This document shows, in pieces, positions 12,641 through 25,940 of a DNA stretch of 64,000 bases. A model generated the notes under the pieces. The model did not search any database. It worked only from the letters and a program-made list of their open reading frames with translations, and was not told the origin of the DNA. The stretch's first letter is position 1; the number at the start of each line of letters is the position of its first letter. The DNA is taken from assembly GCA_965113315.1 (NCBI GenBank), contig OZ220366.1. One strand, 5' to 3'. Made by a program: the position numbers and the translations under genes. This DNA is from Podarcis vaucheri. Taxonomy: Eukaryota.

Positions 12641-13296
12641 GTAAGAGATTATATTTTATGTTACTAGTAGTAAATAAGAAGTATTTTGATTGAAAACAAA
12701 ACATCCGTTTGTTTGATGCTTCAGCGCTAACTAGGAATTATTTAAAACTTGCTTGTCATGCAAGTAAATGCATTTTGATCCCATCTTTTCCATGGTTTTA
12801 CATATTCCATTATCAGCTTAATTCTCTTAACTAGTGTGCTGTGCCAAGCGCATGCACACACACACACACACAAAACAACCTATAGAATTTTCCACGAAGC
12901 ATGTTGAAGAAGCTGGAGGGTTTTTTTGTACATCATCTAAAAGCATTTGACTGCACAAACATCACATATATGCCTATGTTTATGTGTTGCTTACTTCTAA
13001 TTGTCCAGCAAGATTCACTTTCCATTACTGGCATCTTTTAAGCTAAGCCAAGATTATTTAAAAGTAAGAAAGAAAAGAATGTGACAAGTATAAAAAGCTG
13101 AAGTCCTATGCATACTTACAAGTAAACATGTTTAGAATTGCAAAGCACTGAATGCTGTATGGAAGTAAGTTAACCAACCAATCTACATAAACAAGCAAAT
13201 CCGAAGTATTAGAACTTGTGCCAGTTTAGATTCAATGGCATCAGTTTAGATTCATGGACATCTGTTTTCACCATCCATCTCCAAATACTAATATTT

Positions 13297-13298
<2 letters not shown>

Positions 13299-13346
<48 letters not shown>

Positions 13347-13359
13347 GAGAGAGAGAGAG
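13299..13359. repeat. (TG)n/(AG)n compound microsatellite
   Basis: Directly visible. Confidence 0.95.
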
Positions 13360-15141
13360 TGTGTCTGTCTCTTGGACAACCAGATTCTTAGTATGCCTTC
13401 ATTTGCTTACACTGGGTTCCATCCAGAGTATCCATTATGTTCCTAATAGGCCATGTCCAAATACAGGAAGGGCCCAAGGTCCAGCACAGGCTCTCACTGG
13501 AGGAAGGAAAGGAAGGTGGCTTTTGCCAATTTCCTCTTTCCCTTGCAGACTTGTGCACTCCCACACTGCGTCCAAGCCAATGTTCTCAAGCTGAACAACC
13601 CTTTTAAGTGTCCACAGTTGTAGACAATGAGATGTACTCAATGTATAAATGTGCTATCATGAATATAAAGGTGTGGGTAAATACCTTGTATTGTTTTATC
13701 AAATAATATTAGCTTCTAGGGTTTGCAGAACTGCTATGGCTCTTTCTGGATAATCATATATTGACTCATTTAACCAAGATATGCACAAGCCTTTTATCGG
13801 CACGCATAGCCTTATCCCTCCTCAGTTATTTAACCTGAAAGTCTCCAATTAACTACAGTTTCTTGTTTGATTCTGGATTGTTCCAAACTGCACAACCATA
13901 GTTTTCCAGTTCAGATGGATTAATGGAAGACCAGTGTTTGATGGCTACATATCAGCTGCATATAAAGCCCAGATATAACCATCCAAATTAGGCCAATGGT
14001 TGGGTTCAGGATAGTTGTAATGCAAAATCATGGTTTCTACTTGCTATAGTTAAGAGCACATACCATAGTTTGAAGTTCCAGCCCTACAATTGGCAATCCA
14101 TGGTTTATAGCAGAATGTCTACATTTGTTTCTTAGGACTGTGAGGGAATTCCACAGATCCATGCTCAAAATCTCTTTTTCCTCCGTTGTCTGGTTGACTT
14201 TAAAAAAAACAAAAACAATTTTATTGTTTTCTAAACAAATACAAATATAATATCCATTAAACATTTATCCAGCAGTACGGCTAATGGTACTTGTTTTATC
14301 CATTTTCTTTGACTTTTATAATCCTATTTTACACAACTGTGTATATTAGCTGTACAAGGTTTGCACATCCACATGTGGAATAGTGAAAGATTTTTCTGTT
14401 CGCAACCTTTTGAATTACAGCCTATGAATTTGATATCCAGCAATACTGTCAGAGGCATGAAATTACTATAGCTGCAGCTTTTTATTGGTTCTGAAGACAG
14501 GAAATATTTGTTTCCTGGTAGTAAATAGATTTATATAGTATTAATTTTCTATCACAATGAGTTTTTAATGGTGGCTAGGCAAACAAAAAAGGTATATACT
14601 GTGAAGATTTAAATGGGCAGGATGATTGCTTCTCTCTTGAAAGCAAGCAGAAAAATGTCTACCAATCTCTGAGGAAAATAACTTTTATTTATAGATTGCA
14701 GTACACAAACATCAGTCAACAAAACAAAGGGAGCCTTTTCATTTTAATACACGAAGTCAAAAGCAATTATGCAGTAGAGCGATACATTTATTTTAGCATT
14801 TTCAAATTGTTTCATCTGCACTGCATTCTATAAGCACAGGGAATCTACGTTTTGATAAATGACAAGGCATTATTATGTAGTTTTAAATAAGCTCTAATAA
14901 ACAATTCACTTAAATGCATTGAAACAAACAGTTTAATTCCATTAAACATGTAGTTTAACTCAGTATTGTGAACTTAATGTAGTTTACAGCCTCCCTTACT
15001 TTAAAGGGAATTATCCACTAAGGATTCCCAATTAACTTCTCTAGAAGGAGAAATGTAAGTTTATTTTACAACAGTTATGCATAGAAAAAATATTTTCTTT
15101 TAAGCCATGAGCCTTGAAAGCAAAATTATATATTATACAAA

Positions 15142-15173
<32 letters not shown>

Positions 15174-15362
15174 ATCACAGATCTCTTTAACTTTACAACT
15201 AAATAGACAGTGCAACCCTATACATGTCTAGCCAGAAGTAAGTCCCACTGAATTCAATGCATTCCTATACGCCAAGGGTTGCTGACACAGCTAAGGAAGG
15301 GGTGCTCTGTCCACATGCCTGCCAGAGTTTGTGTGAGAAGTGGCTACACGCATCACTGGCAT

Positions 15363-15497
15363 CAGTGCTATTTTTCTAGAAAAAGGTGCCGGAACTGACC
15401 ATGAATGCCGCCCTTGTTCTCTTATAATGCCAATGGCGCCCACCTGAAAGGTGGCGGAACTGACTTCTGGCAAATTCCGGCTGAAAAAAATGCCCTG
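15363..15497. mobile_element. hAT-type MITE (related copies near 19549-19665 and 23501-23607)
   Basis: CAGTGCTATTTTTCTAG...CTGAAAAAAATGCCCTG; 8-bp TSD ACTGGCAT/ACTGGCAC; three homologous copies in the window. Confidence 0.85.
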
Positions 15498-17009
15498 ACT
15501 GGCACGCACCCATTCCTCCACCACTCCTAGACACTTGGCCAAGAGTGAATGTGGCAAACAAGGAATTAGCACTAAAGTCTTTTATAGGAGCAAGTCCCAT
15601 TGAACACAAAAGGACTCACTTCTTTGAAGAGCTATTTGGTCCAAGTCGTTTAAATATAAAGAACCATAAGAAGGAAAAGCAGGGGCTCAAAGTTGCCCTT
15701 CAGCAGTTGACACCTGGACAGCAGACTGCTATGGTGATATGTATTGTACTACAGATATATAAATTTGCATCTATACCTGCAAAATCAGCACAGGCAAATG
15801 CCATGCAAATTGGAGCCCTCTTCTGCCTGCTTTTGGGTGATACATTCCATTTTTTTTTGGTAACACATAAGTGGCCACCCTAAACTGAGTTGCTTCCACG
15901 TGAAACCTGGGGTTCAGTCCAGCTGCACTTCCACATGAATGAGGCCCAGTTGCAAGCCTTCTATTAGACCTACACAGCCCAGAGGACACTAACTGGAGCT
16001 TGCTAACAAAAGTGGACTTGCCCTCAGAAGGCTGCCTGAAAGCAAAGAAATATAAGCGCATATTTTAATAGATGAGTTGGAAAATACTGTAGACTATAGC
16101 AGGATGGCGCATGCTGTTTCACTGCTTGATGTGAAATGGGAATTCTGCCCTTCTGCTGCCACCTCTGGCACTTAGTTTTGGTGACATCTTGCTGGAAATC
16201 AGTGTGATCTCACCCGAAATCTGCGTCGACGCCGGTGGTGGAGGCAGCAGGGCAGGCAGTGGGTCCACGGGGGTACCATCTTGGAGGCTTCTGCTACCTG
16301 AAGCAGTGGCCTGACCCTGCCTAATGGCTGCGCCAGTCCTGGAATATAGTAATTCATTCTCTAACTGCTGTTAGAAGTACCATGTATAGAGACAGTTTCA
16401 ATGTAATTTACAGCTGTATATTCCTGTTCCTGCTGCCTCAGAGGCTGCTGTGTCTGTGGAGACGGGGGCACCTCTGCTTCTGGTGATGTGCCCCCCTCCC
16501 CTGGCTCCCCTGAACTGTCAGCTGCCCCTGCAACATCCTCTGATGTCCCTAGCAAGTGCAGCTTGACGCAGCACAGTGGCAACGTGATGGGGGAAAATAC
16601 CTTCTGAGTTTCTGCATGTCATGCAGCTTGTAAACACAAAGCCTATGGTGGAACGATAGCATTCAGCAGCCTGAAACCTTAGTGGCTACTTGGATCACAG
16701 CTGAACTTGGATGGACGGCAAACCCACCTTCAGGGAAAATCAGAATTTGCCAACGTTACCAAAATAATGAAGGGGCAAAAGACACCACAGGGGACAAATG
16801 GCAGGCTGACGTGCATATCTCTGGACTGATATGTACAGCAGTTCTCCAGGAAGAGCAGATCTTACCATTTTGTACTGTGCAAAAAACTGTCCTTGTAAGC
16901 CCACCACATCCAATAGGGAGCAAGGAGGATTGCCTGCTGAAGGCCTGAAGGATCCTGCCCTTGCCTCTTTCCACCTGGCTTGGTGTGGGGCCTGACAGGC
17001 TTCACAAGG

Positions 17010-17385
17010 ACTGCAGCTGCTTTTAAATTGTTTTTAATTTTTATCTGTGTTGTTTTAAATGTCTGGGAGAGTGGGGTGCTGACTGACTCCAGCTACAAAA
17101 GCTGAAGCTGTTGAACAGATTCTTGGACTGGATTCTTGGTTACGGGGGGGGGGGGAGGTTGAGAGAGCTGTTGCTGTTATTGATATTACTGTTGTATCTT
17201 TAGTTTTAGATCTTATGATTTACGTGGAAATTGTTTCCATTTGGTTGTGTATTTTTTGATGCGTTTTATTTATTGTTTATGACTTCTGTTATGTTTGTAA
17301 TTATGTAAATCGTGTCATGTTGGAAGCCGCCTTGAGCATTGTTTTAACCATGGAAAGGCGGAATACAAATAAAACGATGATGCTG
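17010..17385 (+). mobile_element. L2-type LINE 3' UTR remnant
   Basis: T-rich body ending in ggaagccgccttgagcat...ggaaaggcggaatacaaataaa plus (gat)n, the typical L2 3' hairpin and tail. 5' edge approximate. Confidence 0.6.
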
Positions 17386-17427
17386 ATGATATCCTGATGC
17401 TATACTGATATGAACTCTATCTTCCAG

Positions 17428-17511
17428 GCTAATATCAACATCCCAATGGGAGCCCTTTTACCTGGAGCAGGTCAGCCACCAAAAAGAAAAGAATTTACTG
17501 AAGCTGATGAG
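17428..17511 (+). CDS. SMPX: SMPX second coding exon
   Basis: cttccag acceptor; [28 protein letters not shown]; GAG|gtaaga donor; phase 0/0. Confidence 0.95.
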
Positions 17512-19792
17512 GTAAGAGCAATATATGTCTTCATCTGCTAGCCTAGTTTATTTCTCATTAGTTTAAGAAGCCATATAATGATCAGTCAGTATAAATCGGT
17601 TCTATTCAAGTACGATTAGTTAATACACACAACGGTTGGTGGTATTTTGGGGTCAGTGTATGGGTGCAACATAAATCTGGTTCCAACCTAAGGGTGTATA
17701 TTGTGTTCCAAATGCAAGAAACAGAGACCCTGAGCAATCTGGAAACACCCCTATAGTTAGATGGGTGTTGCATGATTGCATTTCCTAATGTTTGGCTTCT
17801 AAAAGCAACCACAAGGAGTCCTACTTTGCAACAGGGCCACAGTGCATATGGGAGGCATGTCTAACTCCCCCACCCCAGATGAAGCCTATACCAATATCTC
17901 CACAACTCCCACCATTCGGATAGTGGCTAGTAGCAGCTGCTTGCAGCTCAAGGCTTTTCACCATTCATTGTATTGGGATGGTGCTAGTACTAGTATAGTA
18001 GTAATAGTATAATGGGGAGAGGAAGGGAGTAGGGGGGAAAGGGCCTAGATCCTAAGTTTAGATATCGAAAGGAGCTTTCTGAATTTCCAAAAATGGGTTA
18101 TGTAATTTGAGTACTTGGAGTATACATGTGGGTTTCAGTGGGCTGAAATGTAGGCAGATATTTGGATATAGCTGGAAAATGAGTGAAAGGGCAAGAAGCA
18201 AGGAAACTGTGTAGGAGGTGTGAACATTTCAGATGAGAACACAGTCTGTTCATCTACAGATCTGCTAGCATGCAGTAATTTACCACAACCAGACAGCTAA
18301 TTGACTCCATAAACCTGAAGCCAAATTCAATTTCAGATGCATGGGACTTACTGAAAGAAAATTTGAGATATGCAGCTATGCTTCATGAAATTCTGAAATT
18401 AAATAGTAGTTTTATAAGGGACTTCTGGACTAGAAACTTTGCAGACTGTGGCACAGCTCTCACACAGTCCATGGCTCTACTTTTCCAGTTGCAAAATGGA
18501 ACCATATTTCAGTGAACAATTTTAAGCAGCTGCTTTGGTCTTACCTCACCAACTTGAGATCCACATAGTTAAAAGGGGGATGTACATTTTAAAATTAAAA
18601 AAAAATAGGTCGCCTACATGTTATAATGCAGAATTATGTTGCCCATGCAGTTAGTTGTTTCCCTCAATCCAATCCTATGAAAACTTTGTATTGCAGGAGC
18701 AAAATTATTCCTCTTAAATCTGAAAGGATGCAAAGAGACAGGTTATTTTAGAACAGATACTGCTATGATTACTGTGATCTATCTGCAGCATCAGCTATGC
18801 TTAATTTTAGGTTCCATAAATGTGCCAGTAGCCCCAACACAAATTTATATTTCATATCATTTGAAGAAATAAATTATTATCTGGAGAGGTCCATTTTCAA
18901 AATGTTATGCAATTAGAGCATATTTAAAATGGTTTAAAAATATTCACCACTTAATTTGCCTCTGTTCATTCCTGTGAGATGCTGTATGGATGAAGACCCA
19001 CTAGTAACAATGAAAGGGGCATCTGCACAAAATATTATAAAGCTTGTGATAAATAATCCTTCCTATCCCACAACTAAGAGAAGAGGGCCTTGAGTGTTCT
19101 TTTCCAAACTTGTTTGTGGTCCTTTAAAAGTGCAATAAAGAAGCCAAGTCACAGAGCCACCTCAGCAGCTTGCCTTCTTGCTTCTCCAGTGGCAGTAGCA
19201 GGGGAGAGTGGGTGCCACGCCATGAGATTCTGCCGCCTGAGGCAGCTGCCTCAGTCTGACTCATAGGCTCTGGAGGAGAAGTATAACATACTACATGAAT
19301 AGATACCTAAACACTGAATGACCAGAAGTAATCAGTAATCAGATTTAAAGTTCCACAGTGTTTCTATAGCTTCTCAAAAGTGATGTGGTTACGAAGTTAG
19401 GTAGATCATCTGGGAGATGTGGCAGAGCTATCCTTGCAGTCTTCAGCAGGCTGTCAGATCTAGTATCTTCTGTGCACTTTAGTAGATCTGTCACATAATG
19501 GCTTAGTTCGCACGTAATGCCAAGGCAAATCATGGCTTGGAACAGATGCGGGGCTTTTTTTCAGAACGCAGTTCCAGCACCTCTCAAGTGGGCGCTGTTG
19601 CCATGATAGAAGAACAAGGGAGGTGTTCATGGTGAGTTCCAGCCCCTCTTTAGAAAAATAGCACTGTGTAGATGCATGAACATGTGGGTTACTGGAGAAG
19701 AGATCACATCCACTGCAGTCCCCCCTCAGTCCTTCTGCTGCAGCATTACCCAGGGCTAAAGCTGGGAGGTTAAAAAAAATATAATTTGTTGG

Positions 19793-20055
19793 TGTTATGT
19801 ACTGAAGTGCTCTCCCTGGGCCAGCAGGGGGATACTGTAGATAGTTTTCACTTAGGTCCACATATGCAAATAAGGAATTAAAAGCAACGTTCAGTGATTG
19901 GATAGTTACAGAAAGTTGTTACTGTTGCTTAGTAGTTGAGCTCTATATAAGCAGGTGGCTGAACCCTTCAGACCAGTTCTGTTCTGGCCTGTGAATAAAC
20001 AAGAGCTGTTTGAAGAATCGTTGTGTTGTCTGATATGTTCACCCATAACTTAACA
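19793..20055 (+). mobile_element. Solo LTR (263 bp) in the SMPX intron
   Basis: TGTTA...TAACA termini; perfect 5-bp TSD GTTGG (19788-19792 / 20056-20060); octamer 19864, inverted CCAAT 19897, TATATAA 19944, AATAAA 19994. Confidence 0.9.
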
Positions 20056-20273
20056 GTTGGCTTATAGTATGTGTGTGTATAACCATGGTTTAGCTTAGCA
20101 TGGAGCGGATTTGCCTCAACCAGGGCTCCCAGTTTGTTTCATTCCAGACAAACTTTGAGCTGTAAGCCAAGAACAATCTTGGTTTGGCTTAGCAGTGCAT
20201 CTGGGTCATTGTGAAAATGGAAACATCCCCCAGTGTATTAGTTTGAAGTAGATGGGGGTTTTTTTGTCTGCAG

Positions 20274-20411
20274 AGCCTTCCAGCTTCTTCAGAAGAGGAA
20301 AAGAAAAAGGTGCTCCCAGGAGCCAAGAAATTACCTGGCCCAGCTGTAAACCTGTCAGAGATCCAGAATGTAAAGAGTGAGCTGAAATTTGTCCCAAGAG
20401 CTGAACAGTAG
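20274..20411 (+). CDS. SMPX: SMPX last coding exon (exon continues to donor at 20427)
   Basis: tgtctgcag acceptor; [45 protein letters not shown]; AAG|gtatgt donor 16 nt after the stop. Total protein 86 aa. Confidence 0.96.
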   Translation, partial: SLPASSEEEKKKVLPGAKKLPGPAVNLSEIQNVKSELKFVPRAEQ

Positions 20412-23026
20412 TAACAGGAATGAAAAGGTATGTCCAGGGGTCCCTTACCTTATCTTTTTTTACCTAAACTACAATGAAATATAGGGAACTTTGCTCTGGT
20501 TACAATTATCAGTATGGTGAGATGGAGTTGAGAACCTTGCATAAAAAGAAATGTCATCTTGTGGTAATTACCCTTGATTGAAATATGCTTAAGAATCAGA
20601 TAAATTATTCCAAACTACAGTACTGCATTTATCCTGTGAGTACTCTTTTCGGGGTCAGGTCACTGCAATGCTTTCCCAAAGTGCCCTCTTAATTCTGACC
20701 AAAAAAATATCCCTTGAATAGACCATTACTCCCATTTTGCAAATGAAGGAACCCAAGCCAAGAAATAAACATACTGGTGGCATTTTTATTGCTCTGTAAA
20801 CCAAAGGCAAATTTTCGAAATCCAATCCTAATGCAGTAGCAGGTCACTTCTAAAATATTCAGAAGCTAATTTCTATATGACCTCAATTTGTTCATAAAAA
20901 TGCACAGGCTATAGTACACTCAATTAGCACTGCAATTATTCTTCTATTATTCAAATTATAATACATGCAGAGAGGCAAAATGTAGGTGGAACAATTATGC
21001 TTTCACTTTAAAATTAGAAACAATAGGCTTTGATCAACCAAAAACAAGTTGTTAATTGGTGCAAAAACAGATGCCTTGTTTCCATATAGTCTGCATGTGA
21101 AGTACAGCTTTTAAAAACCCCTCCCAGAAAGAAGAGGAACACACTTACAGAATAACGGGGCTCTCATATAGAGGCATCTACAATGTGCAGGACGGTGGCT
21201 CCACCTTCATGTTGTATAAGAGCACTAGAGACAAAAAACATACACTACAAATAAATGGCTGTTTGCCTAAATGTCGGAGCCTGCCATTACAAATGGTGCT
21301 TTTTAGGCATTAAATAACGACACTGAGGCTAGCAATCTTTCCATGGATGGAGGCAGCTCAATATCAGACTTCACCTCTTCCTCCAGTCCGTTTATTCTTA
21401 TTACCCTTTGTTCCTCTCCAGCCGCATGGCTGCATTCCAATGTCTCACGTTACCTACATCCGGTCAGGCTTTAACCCACCCTTCTAGGGTTACACTGCCC
21501 AGAGGGGGGGGGGACATAACTCCATATGAGGTCATGCATTCCAATACATTGTAAAGCTCAGAGTGCTGGTCACCGAGGTCAGGGAGCACCCTGCAATATT
21601 ACAAGCCTTTACCGTGGCTATCTGACTCCCACACCTAAATAGACAAATGCCGATAGCTCTGTCCCTACCCTTCTCCTCTTTTCTATCTCTTAGAATACAG
21701 TCCATGCTCCAGTCCAGGCAAACAGCTATAGCATAAAGCCTGAAGCTTTATTACCCAGAATATCACTGTGAGGTAGTACCCAATGTACCCATTCAAAATT
21801 GGGTAGCCTGGGTAAAGCATTAAAAAATGTTTTTCCCCCCCCCACACCTCTCATTTGTAACAGGGGAGGATAAAAACCTTTTTCTTCAGCTCATTGAACC
21901 AGCTTGGATTTGCTTGTTACGGTTTCTGCCTTACCTTTTCTTATTTTGGTCAATGGCCCCTTCTTTGTGTTTGTGGGAGGGAAGTTATTGGTTTGTCTTT
22001 TTTTCTTGTTTTATTATGTCTTTTGTGTTCTCATCTTGCATTTTTATGTTGTGAATCGCCCTGTGATCTTCAGATGAATGGCGGGATGGAGATTTAATAA
22101 ATAACACAGCTGAGGTTCCTACCACTGTTGCTTCTCACATGGAGGGGTTCGTTTAAGGTGCCTTGCAGATGACAAGCCAGAGCTTAGATTCACAGCTCCT
22201 GTAAGGTTACCTCAGGATCATGCACCATGGATGTGAGGCCCCTATTGCTACAATTAAAGGATCAATCTTTTCTTGGCTTTGTTTTGGGGAAAAACTTGAC
22301 GGGGAGGAAAGCACAATGTACAGGATGTAAAGTAAAGGAGAACATAATTAGAGACTGCTGGCTGAGAATATTATACAGAACAGCTAATTCTCTGTACATG
22401 GGCATTGTGCGATCTGTTTGAACCACAAAAATTGTGCTCAAGGTATTATGGCAACAGGCACTACCAAGAAAAGGTAATAATAAATAATGCAAATAATTAA
22501 CCTTACAAATTGCACACACTTTCCAGCACAGAGAGTCTTCCAAATACCTTCATGAAAGACAAGGGCTAATTGTTCCTAAGGACGTGGAGTACACCTCTTC
22601 CCCTATTAATGCTTTAGTTAGGTTTGATAGAGCTGCATAAATTGTAGCCAATTAAGCTGACAAAGTGATCTCGAATATCACAGCTCCAACCCGGTAATCA
22701 AGCTAATTTATTTCTCACACACTTTTGTCTTCCATCACTCCCTTTTGTAATTTTTCCTCATGTCACTTGATAGGAGGCTACCTAATTATGGTGTTCACAG
22801 TCCTGTGCTCAAGAGCAGGCTAAGTTATTACTTCAGTATAGTGCTTTTTAAATCTTTATACTTTGAGTATGTTTTCACTTCAGCTTTTTTTGCTGGAGTG
22901 ATTGCCTTTCATGCGTTGTGTAATTGTAAGCCCTCTGTTGCTGCCCATGAGACCACAGAACTCCCCTGAGGGTCTGAGAGACTTCACCTCCCATAGCCTG
23001 GGCTGTTGCCATAGGCCTGGACATGG

Positions 23027-23027
<1 letters not shown>

Positions 23028-23068
<41 letters not shown>
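23028..23068. repeat. (TA)n microsatellite
   Basis: Directly visible. Confidence 0.95.
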
Positions 23069-23071
<3 letters not shown>

Positions 23072-23107
23072 CAAGGCCTTGTTTTTCATCCCAGAGTTAG
23101 ATCTGCT

Positions 23108-23331
23108 AGAGCCAGTGTGGTGTAGTGGTTAAGAGCGGTGGACTCGTAATCTGGTGAACTGGGTTTGTGTCTCCGCTCCTCCACCTGCAGCTGCTGGGTG
23201 ACCTTGGGCCAGTCACACTTCTCTGAAGTCTCTCAGTGTTTGTTGTGGGGGAGGAAGGGAAAGGAGAATGTTAGCCGCTTTGAGACTCCTTCGGGTAGTG
23301 ATAAAGCGGGATATCAAATCCAAATCCAAAC
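23108..23331 (+). mobile_element. tRNA-derived SINE (Squam3-like, younger subfamily)
   Basis: gagccagtgtggtgtagtggttaagagc head, L2-like 3' hairpin, (tccaaa)n tail, flanking tctgct direct repeat. Confidence 0.85.
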
Positions 23332-24104
23332 TCTGCTGATCTATATATCAACCATTTACCCACGAGAACATTCACATTTTTACAGCAGTGTGTTCAACAT
23401 CATGGTTGTCATTATTGTCATCACAATTTATCTCCCTCCTTTCACCCTAAGGGTACCAGGGTAGGTTACAACTATTAAAACACAACGTTAATATTAAAAG
23501 CAGAGCTTTTTTCAGCTGGAACTCAGTTCCAGCACCTCTCAGGTGGGTGCCATTCTAAGAGAATGAGGGTGAGTTCCGGCATCTCTTTTTTTAGAAAAAT
23601 AGCACAGATATTACACCATATTTTTTATTTTTTTAAAAAAAACAGTTTAAAATAACTTATTTAGCACTGCAAAGTCAATTGGACTTATTCCAGTAAATCA
23701 GGCACAGGCAACTTCCATCCTTTCAGAACAATCTTAATCTGGCCAGGGGTGATACCAGCCGATTGGTGGAGAAGAATGGTTTGGCCATGCTGGGTTCTGC
23801 TTTGTCACAAAGCAGAACTGAACCCTGGTGAGTAGAGAGTTTAATCCTGCTTGGTGCTGCTTCAGCAGCACCTTCCCCTGCAAGGAATGCTCTGGAGAAG
23901 CAGACCCCTGCAAGGAGCAGGATTAAACCATCTGCTCACCAGCTAGTGAGCAGAGAGTTCATCCAGCTGAATGCTGCTTCGCCAGAGCATTGCCTACAGA
24001 AAAACAAACAAACCAACAATAGAGCTGTTAGGACGTATCCCCTAGCAGTATTGAAATCAGAATGCCAGTGCAGGTTAATGTGGCTACTTGCACATCACCA
24101 AGAC

Positions 24105-24623
24105 ATTTAATCCCCATAGCAACCCTGTGAAGTAGATTAGGCTGAGAGGCAGTGACTGGCTCAAGGCCACCCTTCAAAGTGGGGATTTGAACCTTGTTCT
24201 CATATATTCTGGTCCAGCACTATAGCCGCTAGGTAAAAAGGTAAAGGACCCCTGGACGGGTAAATCCAGTCAAAGGCAACTATGGGGTTGTGGCGCTCAT
24301 CTCACTTCAGGCAGAGGGAGCCAGCGTTTGTCCACAGACAGCTTTCTGGGTCATGTAGCCAGCAGGACTAAACTGCTTCTGGTGCAATGGAACACCATGA
24401 TGGAAACCAGAGTGCACAGAAACACCGTTTTTGTCCCTGCCACACCAGTACCTATTTATCTGCTTGCACTGGTGTGCTTTCAAACTGCTAGGTTGGCAGG
24501 AGCTGCGACAGAGCAATGGGAGCTCACCCCGTCGTGGGGGTTCAAACCGCTGACCTTCTGATCAGCAAGCCCAAGAGCCTCTGTGGTTTAGACCAGAGTG
24601 CCACCTGCATCCACCACACTGGC
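24105..24623 (-). mobile_element. Squam3-like SINE interrupted by a Sauria SINE
   Basis: Collinear with the 2490-2666 copy up to ...gccgcta (24231) and resumes at caccacactggc (24612). Confidence 0.75.
24232..24611 (-). mobile_element. Sauria SINE (near full length)
   Basis: ggtaaaaaggtaaaggacccct is the reverse of the (ACCTTT)n tail; conserved body cagtacctatttatct...ggttggcaggagctg; tRNA-like head at the right end. Confidence 0.85.
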
Positions 24624-25326
24624 ACCAGTATGCCTTTGCCAGTCATCATTGTCAGACATTGAAGGCTAAATCTGAAGTTAACAATTCAGGCCTGGAAAGA
24701 GTTGTACTCCTAGTTGCTTTTGTGTAGGGTGGGGAGGAAATGTTAACCTTTCTTTGGCTTTGAAAAGGCCTGTTAATTCCCTCAGTAATATGTAAAAGCA
24801 GGCCTGCAGCCTTTGAGTTGTGGTTTGTTCTTTATGTCATTTGCTGCCTAGGAGGAAGTTTTGTTCCAAATTGCTATTATGCCAAGCTCGGCCATACGAA
24901 ACAAACAATAATAATGTAAGTGCACTTAGGAGGAAAAGCTCTTGCTTCTTCTTCAGACAAACAGACCAGGGAGAGAGTGGCTTGCCTACATCTGCACTTT
25001 GCAATAGCTGCAACCCTGGCTCCAAAAGTGCTCAGTGAGAATGAGCTCCCCCCCACCCCGTACAAACATAAAAGGGTGAAAACAGCAACCCCAACAGCAA
25101 TGGAACTCCCGCTTGTCATGGGAAAGGAATATATAGGAACTGACATGATTTCAGCCCTCATGGGCAAGAGGTTGCTGCTTCAGAATCAAAGGAAATGCTA
25201 CCCACATGGATGCAAGTATAAGCAACGGAATGAGTGGCTTGGATTCTGAGAGCCAGGAGTGGAAGCTAGTGGAAGCAGACTTCCTTGTAGTCACTTCTTT
25301 CCACTGCAACCCTGAGAAACCTCTTC

Positions 25327-25940
25327 ATAATAATAATAAAAATAATAAATAAATTTTTATTTATACCCTGCCCTTCCCAGTTCATAAACCCAGGCTCAGG
25401 GCGGCTAACAACAAATTTAAAACACTTAATTGTAATACAACATAAAAGCAGCATAAAATACAGTATAAAAACATGAATAACAATAAAATTCAAAGTTCAA
25501 AAATCAATTTGATGGAAATACATCCAATAAACATTAGACAGTCACCAGGGCTAGCTGGCTAAATTAGTCCTACATGGGCCAGCGAGGAGGCCAGGGGAGA
25601 ATTAGCTGTGGGGTCCCAGAGCAGGTAATCTTCAAAAAAAGAGGGGGGGGGAGAGAAGGGAAATAAAAGATCCGGCTGAGTTCAAATTAAAGGCCAGGCG
25701 GAATAGCTCTGTCTTACAGGCCCGGCGGAAGGAGGTTAAATCCTGAAGGGTCCTAGTCTCATGAGACAGAGCATTCCACCAGGTCGGAGCCATCACTGAA
25801 AAGGCCCTGGCCCTGGCGGAGGATAGTCTGACTTCCTTAGGGCCTGGGACCGCTAAACTATGGTTATTCATGGACCTTAAGCTCCTCTGTGGGGCATACC
25901 AGGAGAGGCGGTCCCATAAATACGAGGGCCCTAAACATGG
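25327..25940 (-). mobile_element. 5'-truncated L2-clade LINE
   Basis: Minus strand encodes LGPSYLWDRL...RAFSVMAPTWWNALS...SFRRACKTELFRLAF (L2 ORF2 C-terminus), followed by a 3' UTR hairpin and AT-rich tail. Confidence 0.85.

Noticed and set aside
16361-16582. Protein-like low-complexity ORF (SSGEPGEGGTSPEAE...)
   Set aside because: No recognisable homology or convincing splice context; probably repeat-derived GC-rich sequence.
20412-20427. Intron downstream of the SMPX stop as an NMD trigger
   Set aside because: The junction is only 16 nt after the stop, under the 50-55 nt rule, and the arrangement matches the known SMPX structure.
21180-21780. LTR-like composition with - strand AATAAA
   Set aside because: I could not find matching TG...CA termini with a TSD.
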